DNA of 64,000 nt from a bacterium (GCA_041690355.1 JAWLHK010000002.1:186001-250000), one strand, 5' to 3'. Shown: positions 37,271-48,122, numbered from the stretch's first letter. Numbers and translations are program-made. The notes: a model not told the origin generated them from the sequence alone.

Positions 37271-38711
37271 AGAAGATGATCTGGAACGGGATGGCGTTCT
37301 GCGGTGCGACGTCGAGGTTCATGAGGCCGCCCCCGACGCTGCGGTTGAGGGTGCCGTCGATGCGCACGCGGTCGAGGCCACGGATCTCTTCGTCGTTTAG
37401 GGTGTTTCCGGCGAAGACTTCGCGCGTGCTGATGACGTTGCCCTCGGCGTCGGTCAGCGTACCCCTGACGCGGATGAAGCTGCGCGTATCGGCGTAGTCG
37501 TTGCGGACCGTGCCTTCGACGACGAAGAGGTTGTCGCCGCGGGCGCCGACAAGCATGCGTGACGCGGTGACGGTGACCGTGTGGCGAACCGGCTCGTTGA
37601 CCGGGCCCTTCTCTTCGGACTCGAGCAGGCCCGTCAGCTGATCGAGCGGCAGGGTGCGCACGAGGTCGAGCACCGGTTTCTGTACGGCCGGAACCAGCGC
37701 GACGGTGGCGCCGCCGCCCAGGATCGCCAGGAGAAGCAGGGTCAGGGCGATGGCCTTGACGGGGAACTTGCGGGCGCTTTTCTGCCCTTTGGGCTCGGGC
37801 GCCTTGGGGGGTGCGGTGCGCGGCGCATCCTCTTCCTTGAGCGCCGGCTCGAGGTTCATGCTCGCGGCCAGCTCCTCGGCGCTCGGCGTGCGCGGTTGCG
37901 GCGGCCGCGTCGACAGTGCCGCCGGTTCGGGGCGCCTGGCCTGCGGCGCCGGGGCGGGAGCCGCCGCAGGCGTATCGTCTTCGAAGAGCGCATCGAGACG
38001 GTCGGCGGTCGGCGGCGCTTTCGGCGCCGCGGGCTGCGCAGGCTGATCGAAGAGGCTGTCGATATCGGGAGGCGGCGGCGCTGCCGGCGCCTTTTTGGGG
38101 GCTTTGGGCTTGTCGAACAGCTGCGTCGCGAAGTCGTCGGCGCTGTTGTCGAGCCCCTTGCCAAAAAGATCGTCCAGGTTGTCTCTGCCGCCCCCCTTCG
38201 AGGCGGGTGAGGGCGGCGGGGGTTCAGGCGCCTGCTCGGCCTTCGAAGCGCGGATGTCGGCGACGAACTTGTCGAGCGGGTCGTCTTCTTCATCGGCCGG
38301 CCCCTGCTCGGCCGGGCTCGGAGCCGGGGCGAGATCGTCGCCCGAGCCGAAGAGCGATGAAACGTCGTCGGTATCCAGAGACGGAGCTTTGGAGGGCGTC
38401 GGCGAAAGGTCTTCGCCCGAACCGAAGAGGTCGTCGGTGCGTGCACTCCCCATCGGCCGGAGCTGGGTCTTGTAGTTGTCCATCTCGGCGCCGAAGTTGT
38501 CGCCGCCGAAGATATCGTCTTCGGGGGGCGGCGGCGGGGGCGCGGGGGCCACCGGAGCGGCCTGTGCCGGGGCCGGAGCGGTATCGCCGGCCTTGCGCTT
38601 GACGGTAAATACTTTGCTGCACTTGCCGCACTTGACCTTCGTCCCTTCGGGCTTGATCTTCTCGTCGGGTACGGAGATGCGCGTTTTACAGCTGGGGCAG
38701 GATATCTGCAT
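37206..38711 (-). CDS. Zinc-ribbon (MJ0042-type) / Pro-rich linker / TM / DUF3426-like protein
   Basis: CPSC...CGKC, long Pro/Asp linker, TM helix, C-terminal VVEGTVRN beta domain. Confidence 0.82.
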   Translation of the reverse strand: MQISCPSCKTRISVPDEKIKPEGTKVKCGKCSKVFTVKRKAGDTAPAPAQAAPVAPAPPPPPPEDDIFGGDNFGAEMDNYKTQLRPMGSARTDDLFGSGEDLSPTPSKAPSLDTDDVSSLFGSGDDLAPAPSPAEQGPADEEDDPLDKFVADIRASKAEQAPEPPPPSPASKGGGRDNLDDLFGKGLDNSADDFATQLFDKPKAPKKAPAAPPPPDIDSLFDQPAQPAAPKAPPTADRLDALFEDDTPAAAPAPAPQARRPEPAALSTRPPQPRTPSAEELAASMNLEPALKEEDAPRTAPPKAPEPKGQKSARKFPVKAIALTLLLLAILGGGATVALVPAVQKPVLDLVRTLPLDQLTGLLESEEKGPVNEPVRHTVTVTASRMLVGARGDNLFVVEGTVRNDYADTRSFIRVRGTLTDAEGNVISTREVFAGNTLNDEEIRGLDRVRIDGTLNRSVGGGLMNLDVAPQNAIPFQIIFYDVQEPIGTPRVEASGSEPGS

Positions 38712-38832
38712 GGTGCCTGAAAAGTTGCAGCTATTGTATCAATCGTTTGCTAAGCCAGCAACACCATTGGATTTCTTGCCGGTCTGTTTGCGCGGTGCGG
38801 CAGGGAGTGCTATGGTGAAAAGGCTTTGTTCT

Positions 38833-40002
38833 ATGCGCATACTTTTATATACCGGAAAAGGGGGGGTCGGCAAGACGAGCCTCTCGGCAGCTACGGCCCT
38901 CGCCGCCGCCCGTAAGGGGCACCGGGTGCTCGTGATGAGCACCGACCCCGCGCATAGCCTTTCGGATTCCTTCGACCTGCCTCTGGGACCCCGGCCCGTA
39001 TCGGTCGCTCCGAACCTCGACGCCCTCGAAATTGACGTCAACGAAGAGTTCCGCCAGCACTGGGGGGCCATCAAGGACTATCTGAGCCTCGTCCTGCGCT
39101 CGCAGGGGATGGACGAACTGGTCGCCGAGGAGATGACCGTCGTCCCGGGAATCGAAGAGCTGTTCAGCCTGCTCAGACTGCGGGAGTTCGCCCGGAGCGG
39201 CGCCTATGACGTCATCGTGCTCGACTGCGCGCCCACAGGCAATACGATGCGCCTGTTGAGCCTTCCCGAGGCGCTGCGTTGGTACATGGACCGCTACTTT
39301 CACCTCGAGCGCCGCCTGATGAAAACCTTCAGGCCTCTGGCCGAGAAGGTGATTCGCGTGCCGCTGCCCGAAGACGACGTCTTTCAGCACATCGAGAAGC
39401 TCTACGAGGGTATCGGCGAGGTGCGCGCATTGCTGGCCGACCCCGAGGTGACGAGTATCCGGCTCGTATGCAATCCGGAGAAAATGGTCATCAAAGAGAG
39501 CCAGCGCGCGCTGACCTACCTCAGCCTGTTCGGATTCACCGTCGATCTGGTCGTCATGAACAAGGTTTTTCCCGAAGAGGCGGCCGACGGATACCTCAAG
39601 GATTGGCTCGGAATTCAGGCCGGACACCTTGCCGATGCTGAACAGGGCTTTGCGCCGCTGCCTGTCGTGCGCGTACCCTTTCAGCAGCGTGAGGTCGTCG
39701 GGGTGCAGGCGCTGAATCAGCTGGCCCGCATCGTTTTCGGCCGCAGGGATCCGGCCGCCAGCCAGACCCGCTCGGTCCCCATGCGCATGGAAAAAGGGGA
39801 TGAGGGATACGTGCTCCGGCTGCACCTGCCGTTCGCCGAGCGCGACCAGCTCGACTGCTGGGTCAAGGGGGATGAGCTGATCGTCAGCATCCGCAACTTC
39901 CGGCGCAGCATCTACCTGCCGCGCTCGCTGGCCGGCCTTCCGCTGCAGAAGGCGAGCTTCAGGGACGGCTGGTTTCAAATCGATTTCGGAGCCGCCGCTT
40001 GA
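38833..40002 (+). CDS. ArsA/GET3-family ATPase with a C-terminal HSP20-like domain
   Basis: GKGGVGKT, STDPAHSL, DCAPTG, NPEKMV; C-terminal YVLRLHLPF...ELIV...RRSIYLP. Confidence 0.9.
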   Translation: MRILLYTGKGGVGKTSLSAATALAAARKGHRVLVMSTDPAHSLSDSFDLPLGPRPVSVAPNLDALEIDVNEEFRQHWGAIKDYLSLVLRSQGMDELVAEEMTVVPGIEELFSLLRLREFARSGAYDVIVLDCAPTGNTMRLLSLPEALRWYMDRYFHLERRLMKTFRPLAEKVIRVPLPEDDVFQHIEKLYEGIGEVRALLADPEVTSIRLVCNPEKMVIKESQRALTYLSLFGFTVDLVVMNKVFPEEAADGYLKDWLGIQAGHLADAEQGFAPLPVVRVPFQQREVVGVQALNQLARIVFGRRDPAASQTRSVPMRMEKGDEGYVLRLHLPFAERDQLDCWVKGDELIVSIRNFRRSIYLPRSLAGLPLQKASFRDGWFQIDFGAAA

Positions 40003-40484
40003 ACGACGTCAAACCCGAAAACGTAGATTCCTGGGTCGAGTTTCTGCGCTCGTTTGAAACGGCGCGCAGGCACTTCGGCCAGGCCTACCGGCACGCCATG
40101 CTCGGGGCCGCCGAGACGGCCCGGGCCTTCGAGCACCTGACCGCCGATCCGCGGGCGGCCGCCTTCGGTGGCGTGCCGGCCACGAGCCTGCTCGAGGTCA
40201 TCCGGCGCGGTCTGGCGCTGCTCGCCGATCGGGTTCCGGCCATTGTCGAAGCCGGCTCGATCGACCTCGCCAAGCGCGAGGGACTGATGATGGTGAAAGA
40301 GGTTCTGCTGGCCGAACTGAAACGCATCGAGCTCGACGGGGATGCGTCTGAAGAAACCCGCGCCCGGGTCGAAGCACTGCAGGCGATCCTGCGGGTGGTG
40401 GATCTGGAGCTCGAACGCCGTTCTGAATCGAACGGCAGCCACGCCGAGGCGTCGACCGCCTTCCGGCGTGTCGTCATCGAATGA
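39999..40484 (+). CDS. Hypothetical helical protein
   Basis: Translationally coupled (TTGA/ATGA) to both neighbours; ends RRVVIE. Confidence 0.7.
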   Translation: MNDVKPENVDSWVEFLRSFETARRHFGQAYRHAMLGAAETARAFEHLTADPRAAAFGGVPATSLLEVIRRGLALLADRVPAIVEAGSIDLAKREGLMMVKEVLLAELKRIELDGDASEETRARVEALQAILRVVDLELERRSESNGSHAEASTAFRRVVIE

Positions 40485-41098
40485 GGGAGAACATCGTGAC
40501 CGACGCATCCTATAAGCTCATCAAGCGCTATCCGAACCGTAAACTCTATGATACGGAGAGCAGCACCTACGTGACGCTCGACGACATCGCCAAGATGGTC
40601 AAGGCGGGCCGTGATCTGAAAATCATCGATCACAAGAGCGGGAACGACATCACCAACGTGACGCTGGCGCAGATCGTTTTCGAAGAGGGCAAGCGCAAAC
40701 GCGGCGCGCTACCCATTACGACGCTCAAGGAACTGATCACCCAGCGCGGCGAGCAGGTGCGCGACTTCGTGGACCGCATCGTGCACGAGAGCCCGCTGAG
40801 CCACGCGCGCGAAGAGGCCGAAGAGAAAGTTCAGCTCCTGCTGCGCCGCGGCGAGAGCGCGCGCGACGAGAGCACCCGGTTCTTCAAGGAACTGGTCGGC
40901 AACTACACCAAGGCCGTCGAAGACGTGCAGAAGAAGCTCGACGACCGGGTGCGCGATTTCAGCGACCGCCTGGCCGGTTTCCCCGCGGTCATCGGCGATC
41001 TGGGGCTGCTGAACGATCGCCTTTCGGCCATCGAGAAGCGGCTCGAGGAGCTGGACGGCCGGCTGCAGAAAATCGAAACGGCGCGCCAGGAAAAATAG
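40481..41098 (+). CDS. PhaR-like polyhydroxyalkanoate regulator (DNA-binding domain plus coiled/phasin-like tail)
   Basis: IKRYPNRKLYDTESSTYVTL..I...G.D...TLAQI. Confidence 0.88.
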   Translation: MRENIVTDASYKLIKRYPNRKLYDTESSTYVTLDDIAKMVKAGRDLKIIDHKSGNDITNVTLAQIVFEEGKRKRGALPITTLKELITQRGEQVRDFVDRIVHESPLSHAREEAEEKVQLLLRRGESARDESTRFFKELVGNYTKAVEDVQKKLDDRVRDFSDRLAGFPAVIGDLGLLNDRLSAIEKRLEELDGRLQKIETARQEK

Positions 41099-41123
41099 CG
41101 CTAACCCTGAAGGAGCTCTCCTC

Positions 41124-41624
41124 ATGAAGTTCGAACTGATCCACCATTTCGACGCTGAAATCGACGCGTTCGTGAAAACCGTCTATTTCGACGACAACCT
41201 CAATCAGCGCCTCCTCAAGATGAAGAACATCTCGGCGCGCGAAGTGAAGTCGATCGAAGACAAGGGCGACACCGCAGAGCGCGTCGTGTTCATCGAGGCC
41301 GCGGCTGCCATCCCCAAGGAAGCGCGCGCCATCGTCGGCGAAAAGCTCGGGTGGAACGAGCATTCGCGCCTGGATAAGCGCACGCGCACGGTTTCGTTCG
41401 AGATCAAGCCCCTCATCAAGGTTCCCCTCGACTGCCATGGCCGGTATGAGATGGTTCCCGAGGCCGACGGGCGCGTGCGCCGGGTCATCACGGGCGAGGT
41501 GAACGTCAAGGTTCCTCTCATCGGCAAGACCATCGAAAAGTTCATCGTCAAGGCCCTTACCGAGAGCTTCGAAGAAGAAGAAGTCCTGGTCAAGGAATAC
41601 CTGCGGGAAACCGCCGGCAAGTAG
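41124..41624 (+). CDS. DUF2505 / START-like protein
   Basis: AAGGAG RBS; GEVNVKVPLIGKTIEKFI C-terminal signature. Confidence 0.75.
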   Translation: MKFELIHHFDAEIDAFVKTVYFDDNLNQRLLKMKNISAREVKSIEDKGDTAERVVFIEAAAAIPKEARAIVGEKLGWNEHSRLDKRTRTVSFEIKPLIKVPLDCHGRYEMVPEADGRVRRVITGEVNVKVPLIGKTIEKFIVKALTESFEEEEVLVKEYLRETAGK

Positions 41625-41648
41625 CCCGGTCCGGTTCCGCTCTTTCTC

Positions 41649-41681
41649 GGGCCTGCGGGGGCAACCCGCAGGCCCTTCTTT
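41649..41681 (+). terminator. Intrinsic terminator
   Basis: GGGCCTGCGGG-ggcaa-CCCGCAGGCCC-TTCTTT. Confidence 0.75.
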
Positions 41682-41690
41682 GTATCCGCC

Positions 41691-42626
41691 GTGGTTACCG
41701 CAGCGCTTCGCCGCATTCCCCGTCTCGTCCAGGACGAGTTCTGGCTCTTTCTGCTGGCTTCGCTGGCCATGGCCTTCGTGTTTCCCGAATTCGGGCGCAC
41801 CTGGCTGAAGCCGCTGGCGCTGCCGGCGATTCTCGCGCAGATGTACGTCGTCATGCTCAACATCCGCCCGGCAGAGCTCGCGGCGGCCGTTCGGGCGTGG
41901 CGGCCCCTTGCGCGCGCCCTCGCCTTTCTGTTCCTGCTGACGCCGCCGCTGGCGCTGCTGGCCCGCCTGGGCTTCGGACCGGAGATCGCCCTGGGCTTCG
42001 CCATCGTCTGCACGCTGCCCTCGGGCATGAGCTCGCCGTTCTTCGCTCTGCGCTTCGGCGGTGACGCGGCGCTCGCCGTCGTCGTCACGGCGGTCAGCCA
42101 TCTGCTGCTCCCGCTCGTCGCCCCTATCTGGGTTTCGGTGCTCGCAAGCAGCAGCATGGAAGTGGACCCGGTGGAGATCTTCGTGCGCCTGCTGCAGCTC
42201 GTCGTGCTTCCGTTCGCGCTGGCGGCGCTGACACGGTGGGTCCTGGGCGAAAGGCGAACCGGTGCGCTGTATGAGCGGACCAGTTGGCTGGGCGGCGTCT
42301 TCATCATGATCGTCACTTGGGGAATCGTCGCCGAAATCACCGTCACGCCGGTCCCCCTCGCGCCCGTGGCCGGTCTCGTCCTCGCGCTGAACGGCGCCTT
42401 GTACGCGGCCGGTTATCTGCTCGGCGGCGAGGCCCGGCGCACGACGACGATGACCTCGGGCTACCGCAATGTAACCCTGGGCATGGTGCTTGCCCTGAGT
42501 GTCTGGGGCGACCCGCGGGTCGCGCTGCCCAGCGTCGTGTGGACACTGACGCACACCGTCTACGCGGTGCTCCTGCTCTTTCTGCACCGGCGCGGAGCTC
42601 GCGGGTCCGCAGAAACAATCCGGTAA
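41691..42626 (+). CDS. Bile acid:sodium symporter (BASS/Acr3) family transporter
   Basis: PSGMSS...GGDAALA, GYRNVTLG, about 9 TM helices. Confidence 0.8.
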   Translation: MVTAALRRIPRLVQDEFWLFLLASLAMAFVFPEFGRTWLKPLALPAILAQMYVVMLNIRPAELAAAVRAWRPLARALAFLFLLTPPLALLARLGFGPEIALGFAIVCTLPSGMSSPFFALRFGGDAALAVVVTAVSHLLLPLVAPIWVSVLASSSMEVDPVEIFVRLLQLVVLPFALAALTRWVLGERRTGALYERTSWLGGVFIMIVTWGIVAEITVTPVPLAPVAGLVLALNGALYAAGYLLGGEARRTTTMTSGYRNVTLGMVLALSVWGDPRVALPSVVWTLTHTVYAVLLLFLHRRGARGSAETIR

Positions 42627-42662
42627 TCGAACCGCTGGCGCCAATCCCGTACAATGATGGCC

Positions 42663-44393
42663 ATGCGGCGGGGTTCGTTTTTTCGACAGGTCTTTCTGGG
42701 CATCATGGCAACGTCGGCCCTCGCCGTGCTCGCGAGCGCGTTCGGCATCGAACGCATGCTCGAGCGGCGCATGGTCGAGACCCTGGCCGAAAACCTGCTC
42801 GTCGACGCCCGCATGCTGGCCGAGACGCTCGACGAGGGCGCTCTGCAGGAGCGTGTCGGCGTACTGCGGGAACGGTTCGGCCGGCGCATCACGGTCATCG
42901 CGCCCGACGGCAGGGTTACGGCGGAATCGGACGTGCCCGACGAGGCCGTCGCCCGCATCGAGAGTCACGCGACGCGCGCCGAGGTGCAGCAGGCCTGGCG
43001 CGAGGGGTGGGGCTGGAGCACCCGCCGCAGCGCCACCATCGATCGGGAACTGCTCTACGTCGCCTGGCGGGATGACGCGAACCGCCGCATCGTACGTCTC
43101 GCCCTTCCGCTGGGCGTGGTGGAGGAAAGCGTCGCGCGGGTTCGGGGCGGGGTGGTGACCGGCATGGGGCTGGGACTTCTTCTCGCCCTGCTGGTTGCAT
43201 GGCTCATCGCGCGGCGCATGGCGGCCGAGGTCAACGGCGTCGCGCAGGTGGCGCTCGATAGGGCGGGCGGGGCCCGCCCCCCGTTCCCCGTGACGCGGAC
43301 TGAGGAACTGGCGCGCCTCAGCGGTGCCCTGGCCGTCATGGGCCGCGAACTCGACCAGCGCGTCGACGACCTCGAGGCCGAGCATCACCGTCTGCAGACG
43401 ATTCTCGACACGATGAACGAGGGGGTCGTGCTCTGCGACGAGCAAGGGCGCATCATTCTCTTCAACCGGGCGGCGCGCGAGCAGTTCGAGGTCGAGGGCG
43501 AGGTCACCGAACGCACGTTCGTCGAAACCATCCGGGTGCCCGAGGTCGTGGCCCTGGCGGGGAGAATGCTTCGCGAGCGCGAACCCGACAGCGTGGAGTT
43601 CGACTGGCGCGGCCGCAGCATCCAGGCCAGCTTCGTTCCGCTGGTCGAAGACTTTCAAGCCGGGTTCCTGGCCGTGTTCCACGACGTCACCGTGCTGAAG
43701 CGGGCCGACCGGATCCGCCGGGATTTCGTCGCCAACGTCAGCCACGAACTGCGCACGCCGCTGGCGTCGATCGCCGGGTTCGCCGAGAGCCTGGCCGAAG
43801 GCGCCCTCGAAGACAAGGCCGTCGCAGTCAGCTTCGTCGACGGCATTCAGCGGAATGCGGAGCGCCTGGCCCGGATCATCGAGGACCTCCTTCAGCTCGG
43901 GCGCATCGAAAGCGGGCGCCTCCCGCTGGCGCCCGAGGAGCTTGGAGTCGGGCCGGCGGTGGACGCGGCCGCGCAGGTCATCAGCACATTGCGGACGAAG
44001 CGGCATGCGTTCGTGAATGCCGTCGCCGGCGACGCGAAAGTGTACGCCGATCGCAAGGCGCTCAGCCAGATCCTCGTCAACCTGATCGAGAATGCCGCCA
44101 AGTACTGTCCGCCCGAGTCGCGGATCGAAGTGTCGGCAGACGAACGGGACGGGATGCGGAGAATTCTCGTCCGGGACAACGGCCCCGGAATTCCACCGCA
44201 GGATCTGCCGCGTATCTTCGAGCGCTTCTACCGGGGAGACAAGAGCCGTAACGCCGCCGGCGAGCCGGGTACGGGGCTCGGGCTGGCCATCTGCAAGCAT
44301 CTGGCTACGGAGATGGGCGGCCGGATCGAAGCCGAGAGCGACGGAAGAGGAACAACATTCTTCCTGTTTCTCCCTCTTCATCCGCCGGTATGA
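42663..44393 (+). CDS. phoR: PhoR-like sensor histidine kinase (periplasmic domain, HAMP, PAS)
   Basis: ESHATRAEV, RRSAT, DFVANVSHELRTPL, RIFERFYRGDKSR, GTGLGLAI; heads the pst cluster. Start 42654-42663. Confidence 0.85.
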   Translation: MRRGSFFRQVFLGIMATSALAVLASAFGIERMLERRMVETLAENLLVDARMLAETLDEGALQERVGVLRERFGRRITVIAPDGRVTAESDVPDEAVARIESHATRAEVQQAWREGWGWSTRRSATIDRELLYVAWRDDANRRIVRLALPLGVVEESVARVRGGVVTGMGLGLLLALLVAWLIARRMAAEVNGVAQVALDRAGGARPPFPVTRTEELARLSGALAVMGRELDQRVDDLEAEHHRLQTILDTMNEGVVLCDEQGRIILFNRAAREQFEVEGEVTERTFVETIRVPEVVALAGRMLREREPDSVEFDWRGRSIQASFVPLVEDFQAGFLAVFHDVTVLKRADRIRRDFVANVSHELRTPLASIAGFAESLAEGALEDKAVAVSFVDGIQRNAERLARIIEDLLQLGRIESGRLPLAPEELGVGPAVDAAAQVISTLRTKRHAFVNAVAGDAKVYADRKALSQILVNLIENAAKYCPPESRIEVSADERDGMRRILVRDNGPGIPPQDLPRIFERFYRGDKSRNAAGEPGTGLGLAICKHLATEMGGRIEAESDGRGTTFFLFLPLHPPV

Positions 44394-44436
44394 GTCCGGT
44401 TATCGCCCGGTAATCTGCGCGGGTTACCTTCGCGGT

Positions 44437-44820
44437 ATGGCAAGAACCGCACCCGTGACCATCCTGATTGTCGAGGACGATCCCGACATCGCAACACTCC
44501 TCGAATATCGGCTTCGCAAGGAAGGATTCTCGGTACAGTCGGTCGACCGCGGCGACAAGGTGCTCGCAACGGTCGATTCCTGCATGCCCGACCTCATCGT
44601 TCTCGATCTTGCCCTGCCCGGGTTCAGCGGCGTTGAAGTCTGCCGCGCGCTGCGCCACCATCCGCGTGCATCGGAAACCCCCATTCTGGTCGTGACCGCC
44701 TCGGCCGACGAAGAGGAACACAGGGCCGCCCTGGCCGCGGGCGCCAGTCGTTTACTGGTCAAGCGGGGGTTTCTCAAGGCCGTGGACGGGGCGGTCACTG
44801 CGCTTCTTCCTCCTCTTTGA
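44437..44820 (+). CDS. Single-domain response regulator
   Basis: ILIVEDD...LIVLDLALP...ILVVTA. Confidence 0.85.
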   Translation: MARTAPVTILIVEDDPDIATLLEYRLRKEGFSVQSVDRGDKVLATVDSCMPDLIVLDLALPGFSGVEVCRALRHHPRASETPILVVTASADEEEHRAALAAGASRLLVKRGFLKAVDGAVTALLPPL

Positions 44821-44843
44821 CTTCGACCCGTTCTGCATGCCCT

Positions 44844-44909
44844 CTGTTACCGAGGGGTACCCCTTCTGTTACCGGACCGAATAATCCGGTAACAAACCCC
44901 CGCTATCGT
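44844..44909 (+). promoter_or_regulatory. Pho-box-like 11-bp periodic array with -10 element
   Basis: GTTAC 44846, GTACC 44857, GTTAC 44868, GAATA 44879, GTAAC 44889; -10-like TATCGT at 44904. Confidence 0.65.
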
Positions 44910-44995
44910 AATTCCTGCGAGTCGCCCTTGGGTCTGGGTTCCCTCCCACGCCTGGGGCCGGAGGTGTACCCTAATACCAAGTAACAAAGGTCAAA

Positions 44996-46168
44996 ATGAA
45001 GACGTTTGTGTTCTCCCTGGCTCTTCTGAGCCTGTCCGTACCCGTGTATGCGCTGGATGACGTCACCGCCGCGACGCGCGCCGTCGCGCCGGCCCCGGTA
45101 ACCGCCGAGGCCTCTGAAGTCATCCCGCCGTCCCCAGCCCCTGAAGCCGGGGCCGCGTCCCCTGAAGGAGCGGCCGTGGCGACGACCCCGGCCGAGCCGG
45201 CCGCGCCCGAAAAGGCAGAAAAGAAGAATCTGTTCGATCGGGTCAAGCTGTCGAGCTATGCCCAGGTGCGTTATACCCATGGGGAGGGCGCCGGCACGGC
45301 CACCAAGGCCGAAAGCGGTTTCAGCGTCCGCCGCGCCCGCCTGAAGTTCGAGCTCCGGGGGGGCGAGCTCACGAGCCTGGTCATTCAGGGGGATTTCACC
45401 CCCAAGGCGGTGGAGCTCCGCGACGCCTACGTCGACGCACGTGATCCGTGGACGAAAAAGGCATACTGGCTGCGCGCCGGCCTCTTCAAAACGCCCTACG
45501 GCTACGAAATCGAGCAGTCATCAAGCGAACGGCCGGTGCCCGAGCGTTCGACCTTCACGCGCACGGTTTTTCCGGGCGAACGCGACCTCGGGGCGGGGCT
45601 CTTCGCCAAGCGGGGCCGCCTGCGCGCAGCCGCAGCCGTCATGAACGGCGATTTCGGCGACAGCCTCTTCCCCAACCGCGACAACAACCTCGGTAAGAAC
45701 ATCGTCGGGCGGGTCGGCTTTCAGAACGACTTTCTCAACGTGGGTCTGAGCGGGGTCGGCGGCACGAACCTCGACAACGACACCGGCGGCCAGTTCTCCC
45801 AGAAAATCGGCAACGTCTACCTTCAGGCCGAGAAGGATTTCGGGATCGGCGATACCTTCGTCGCCGGCGAGTATAACCTCGGGATCACGACGCCGACCTT
45901 CGCGGGCGGGTCCGACACCAACCTCAGCGGCTGGCACGCGCTGGTCGGTCAGAATCTGGGCGCCCACAACCAGCTCGTCTACCGCATCGACGGTTTCAAT
46001 GCCGATCTCGAGAACGGAGACTGGACCCTGCGCCATGTCGTGGCGTGGAATCTGTTTCTCGACGCGAAACACGTGCGGCTGACCACTTCCTACCAGTTTC
46101 CGACCCAGGTGGCGGGAGTTTCGAAGAACGACGGTACGTTCATCGAACAGCTGCAATTCAAGTTCTAA
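44996..46168 (+). CDS. Phosphate-selective porin (OprO/OprP-like)
   Basis: Signal peptide, FSVRRARLK, LRDAYVD, GLFKTPYGYE, RDLG, C-terminal QLQFKF; pho context. Confidence 0.8.
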   Translation: MKTFVFSLALLSLSVPVYALDDVTAATRAVAPAPVTAEASEVIPPSPAPEAGAASPEGAAVATTPAEPAAPEKAEKKNLFDRVKLSSYAQVRYTHGEGAGTATKAESGFSVRRARLKFELRGGELTSLVIQGDFTPKAVELRDAYVDARDPWTKKAYWLRAGLFKTPYGYEIEQSSSERPVPERSTFTRTVFPGERDLGAGLFAKRGRLRAAAAVMNGDFGDSLFPNRDNNLGKNIVGRVGFQNDFLNVGLSGVGGTNLDNDTGGQFSQKIGNVYLQAEKDFGIGDTFVAGEYNLGITTPTFAGGSDTNLSGWHALVGQNLGAHNQLVYRIDGFNADLENGDWTLRHVVAWNLFLDAKHVRLTTSYQFPTQVAGVSKNDGTFIEQLQFKF

Positions 46169-46239
46169 CGGCTTGACGCTGGGTGAGCAACCTGTGATCC
46201 TTTAGGGATAACCCCTGACGGGAATTTTTTGGAAGAGAC

Positions 46240-46917
46240 ATGCGGACGAACGAACACATCGTCAAGCGGTACGACGAAGAGCTGGCCGAGCTGAAGAAGG
46301 AGATCCTGGCCATGGGCGGCATCGTCGAAAAGATGATCGCCGACGCCATGCGGGCCCTCATCGACGGCAACGGCGACCTTGCCCGATCGGTCATTCAGTA
46401 CGACCGTGAAGTCAATCGCAAGGAGCTCTCGGTCGACAGCATGGCGGTCAACATTCTGGCCAAGCGCCAGCCTGTTGCCCGCGATCTGCGCCTGCTGACG
46501 ATGGCGATGAAGGTCAACACCGACCTGGAGCGGATCGGCGACACGGCCGTCAACATCAGCGAACGGTCCCTCGAACTGCTCGAGGAGCCGCCGCTGAAGC
46601 CGTACGTCGATCTGCCCCGCATGAGCGCACTGACCCAGACCATGGTCAAGCAGGCGCTCGATTCGTTCGTCGAAGGTAACGTCAAGCTGGCCCAGACGGT
46701 CATCGCCAGCGACGACGAGATCGATGCTCTCTACCAGCAGATTTTCCGCGAGCTGCTCACCCACATGATGGGCGATGCGAAGACGATTACCCGGGCTATC
46801 CGGTTGCTCTTCATCGCCAAATACCTCGAGCGGATCGCCGATCACGCAACGAACATTGCCGAAATGGTCACGTACCTCATCGAGGGCGAAGACGTCCGGC
46901 ACCTGGATTCGCGCTGA
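46240..46917 (+). CDS. phoU: Phosphate signalling complex protein PhoU
   Basis: QPVARDLR, DLERIGD, DDEIDALY, LERIADHATNIAE. Confidence 0.97.
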   Translation: MRTNEHIVKRYDEELAELKKEILAMGGIVEKMIADAMRALIDGNGDLARSVIQYDREVNRKELSVDSMAVNILAKRQPVARDLRLLTMAMKVNTDLERIGDTAVNISERSLELLEEPPLKPYVDLPRMSALTQTMVKQALDSFVEGNVKLAQTVIASDDEIDALYQQIFRELLTHMMGDAKTITRAIRLLFIAKYLERIADHATNIAEMVTYLIEGEDVRHLDSR

Positions 46918-46929
46918 TCGGGTTCGTTT

Positions 46930-46963
46930 CGGTAACAATCCGGTGAAACGGGTTCGATAGACT
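46930..46963 (+). promoter_or_regulatory. Pho-box-like direct repeat and -10 of pstS
   Basis: GTAACAATCCG GTGAAAC..., TAGACT at 46958. Confidence 0.65.
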
Positions 46964-47012
46964 GAGGGATGGATCCGCAGCCTTCGAGCCGAACGCAGTC
47001 AGGAGAATATCC

Positions 47013-48122
<1,110 letters not shown>

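Noticed and set aside
38833-40002. Arsenic-resistance operon
   Set aside because: Single ATPase domain with HSP20-like tail; no arsR/arsC/arsD
40989-44381. 1130-aa minus-strand ORF
   Set aside because: Antisense to several well-supported genes; Arg/Gly-rich with no domain signature
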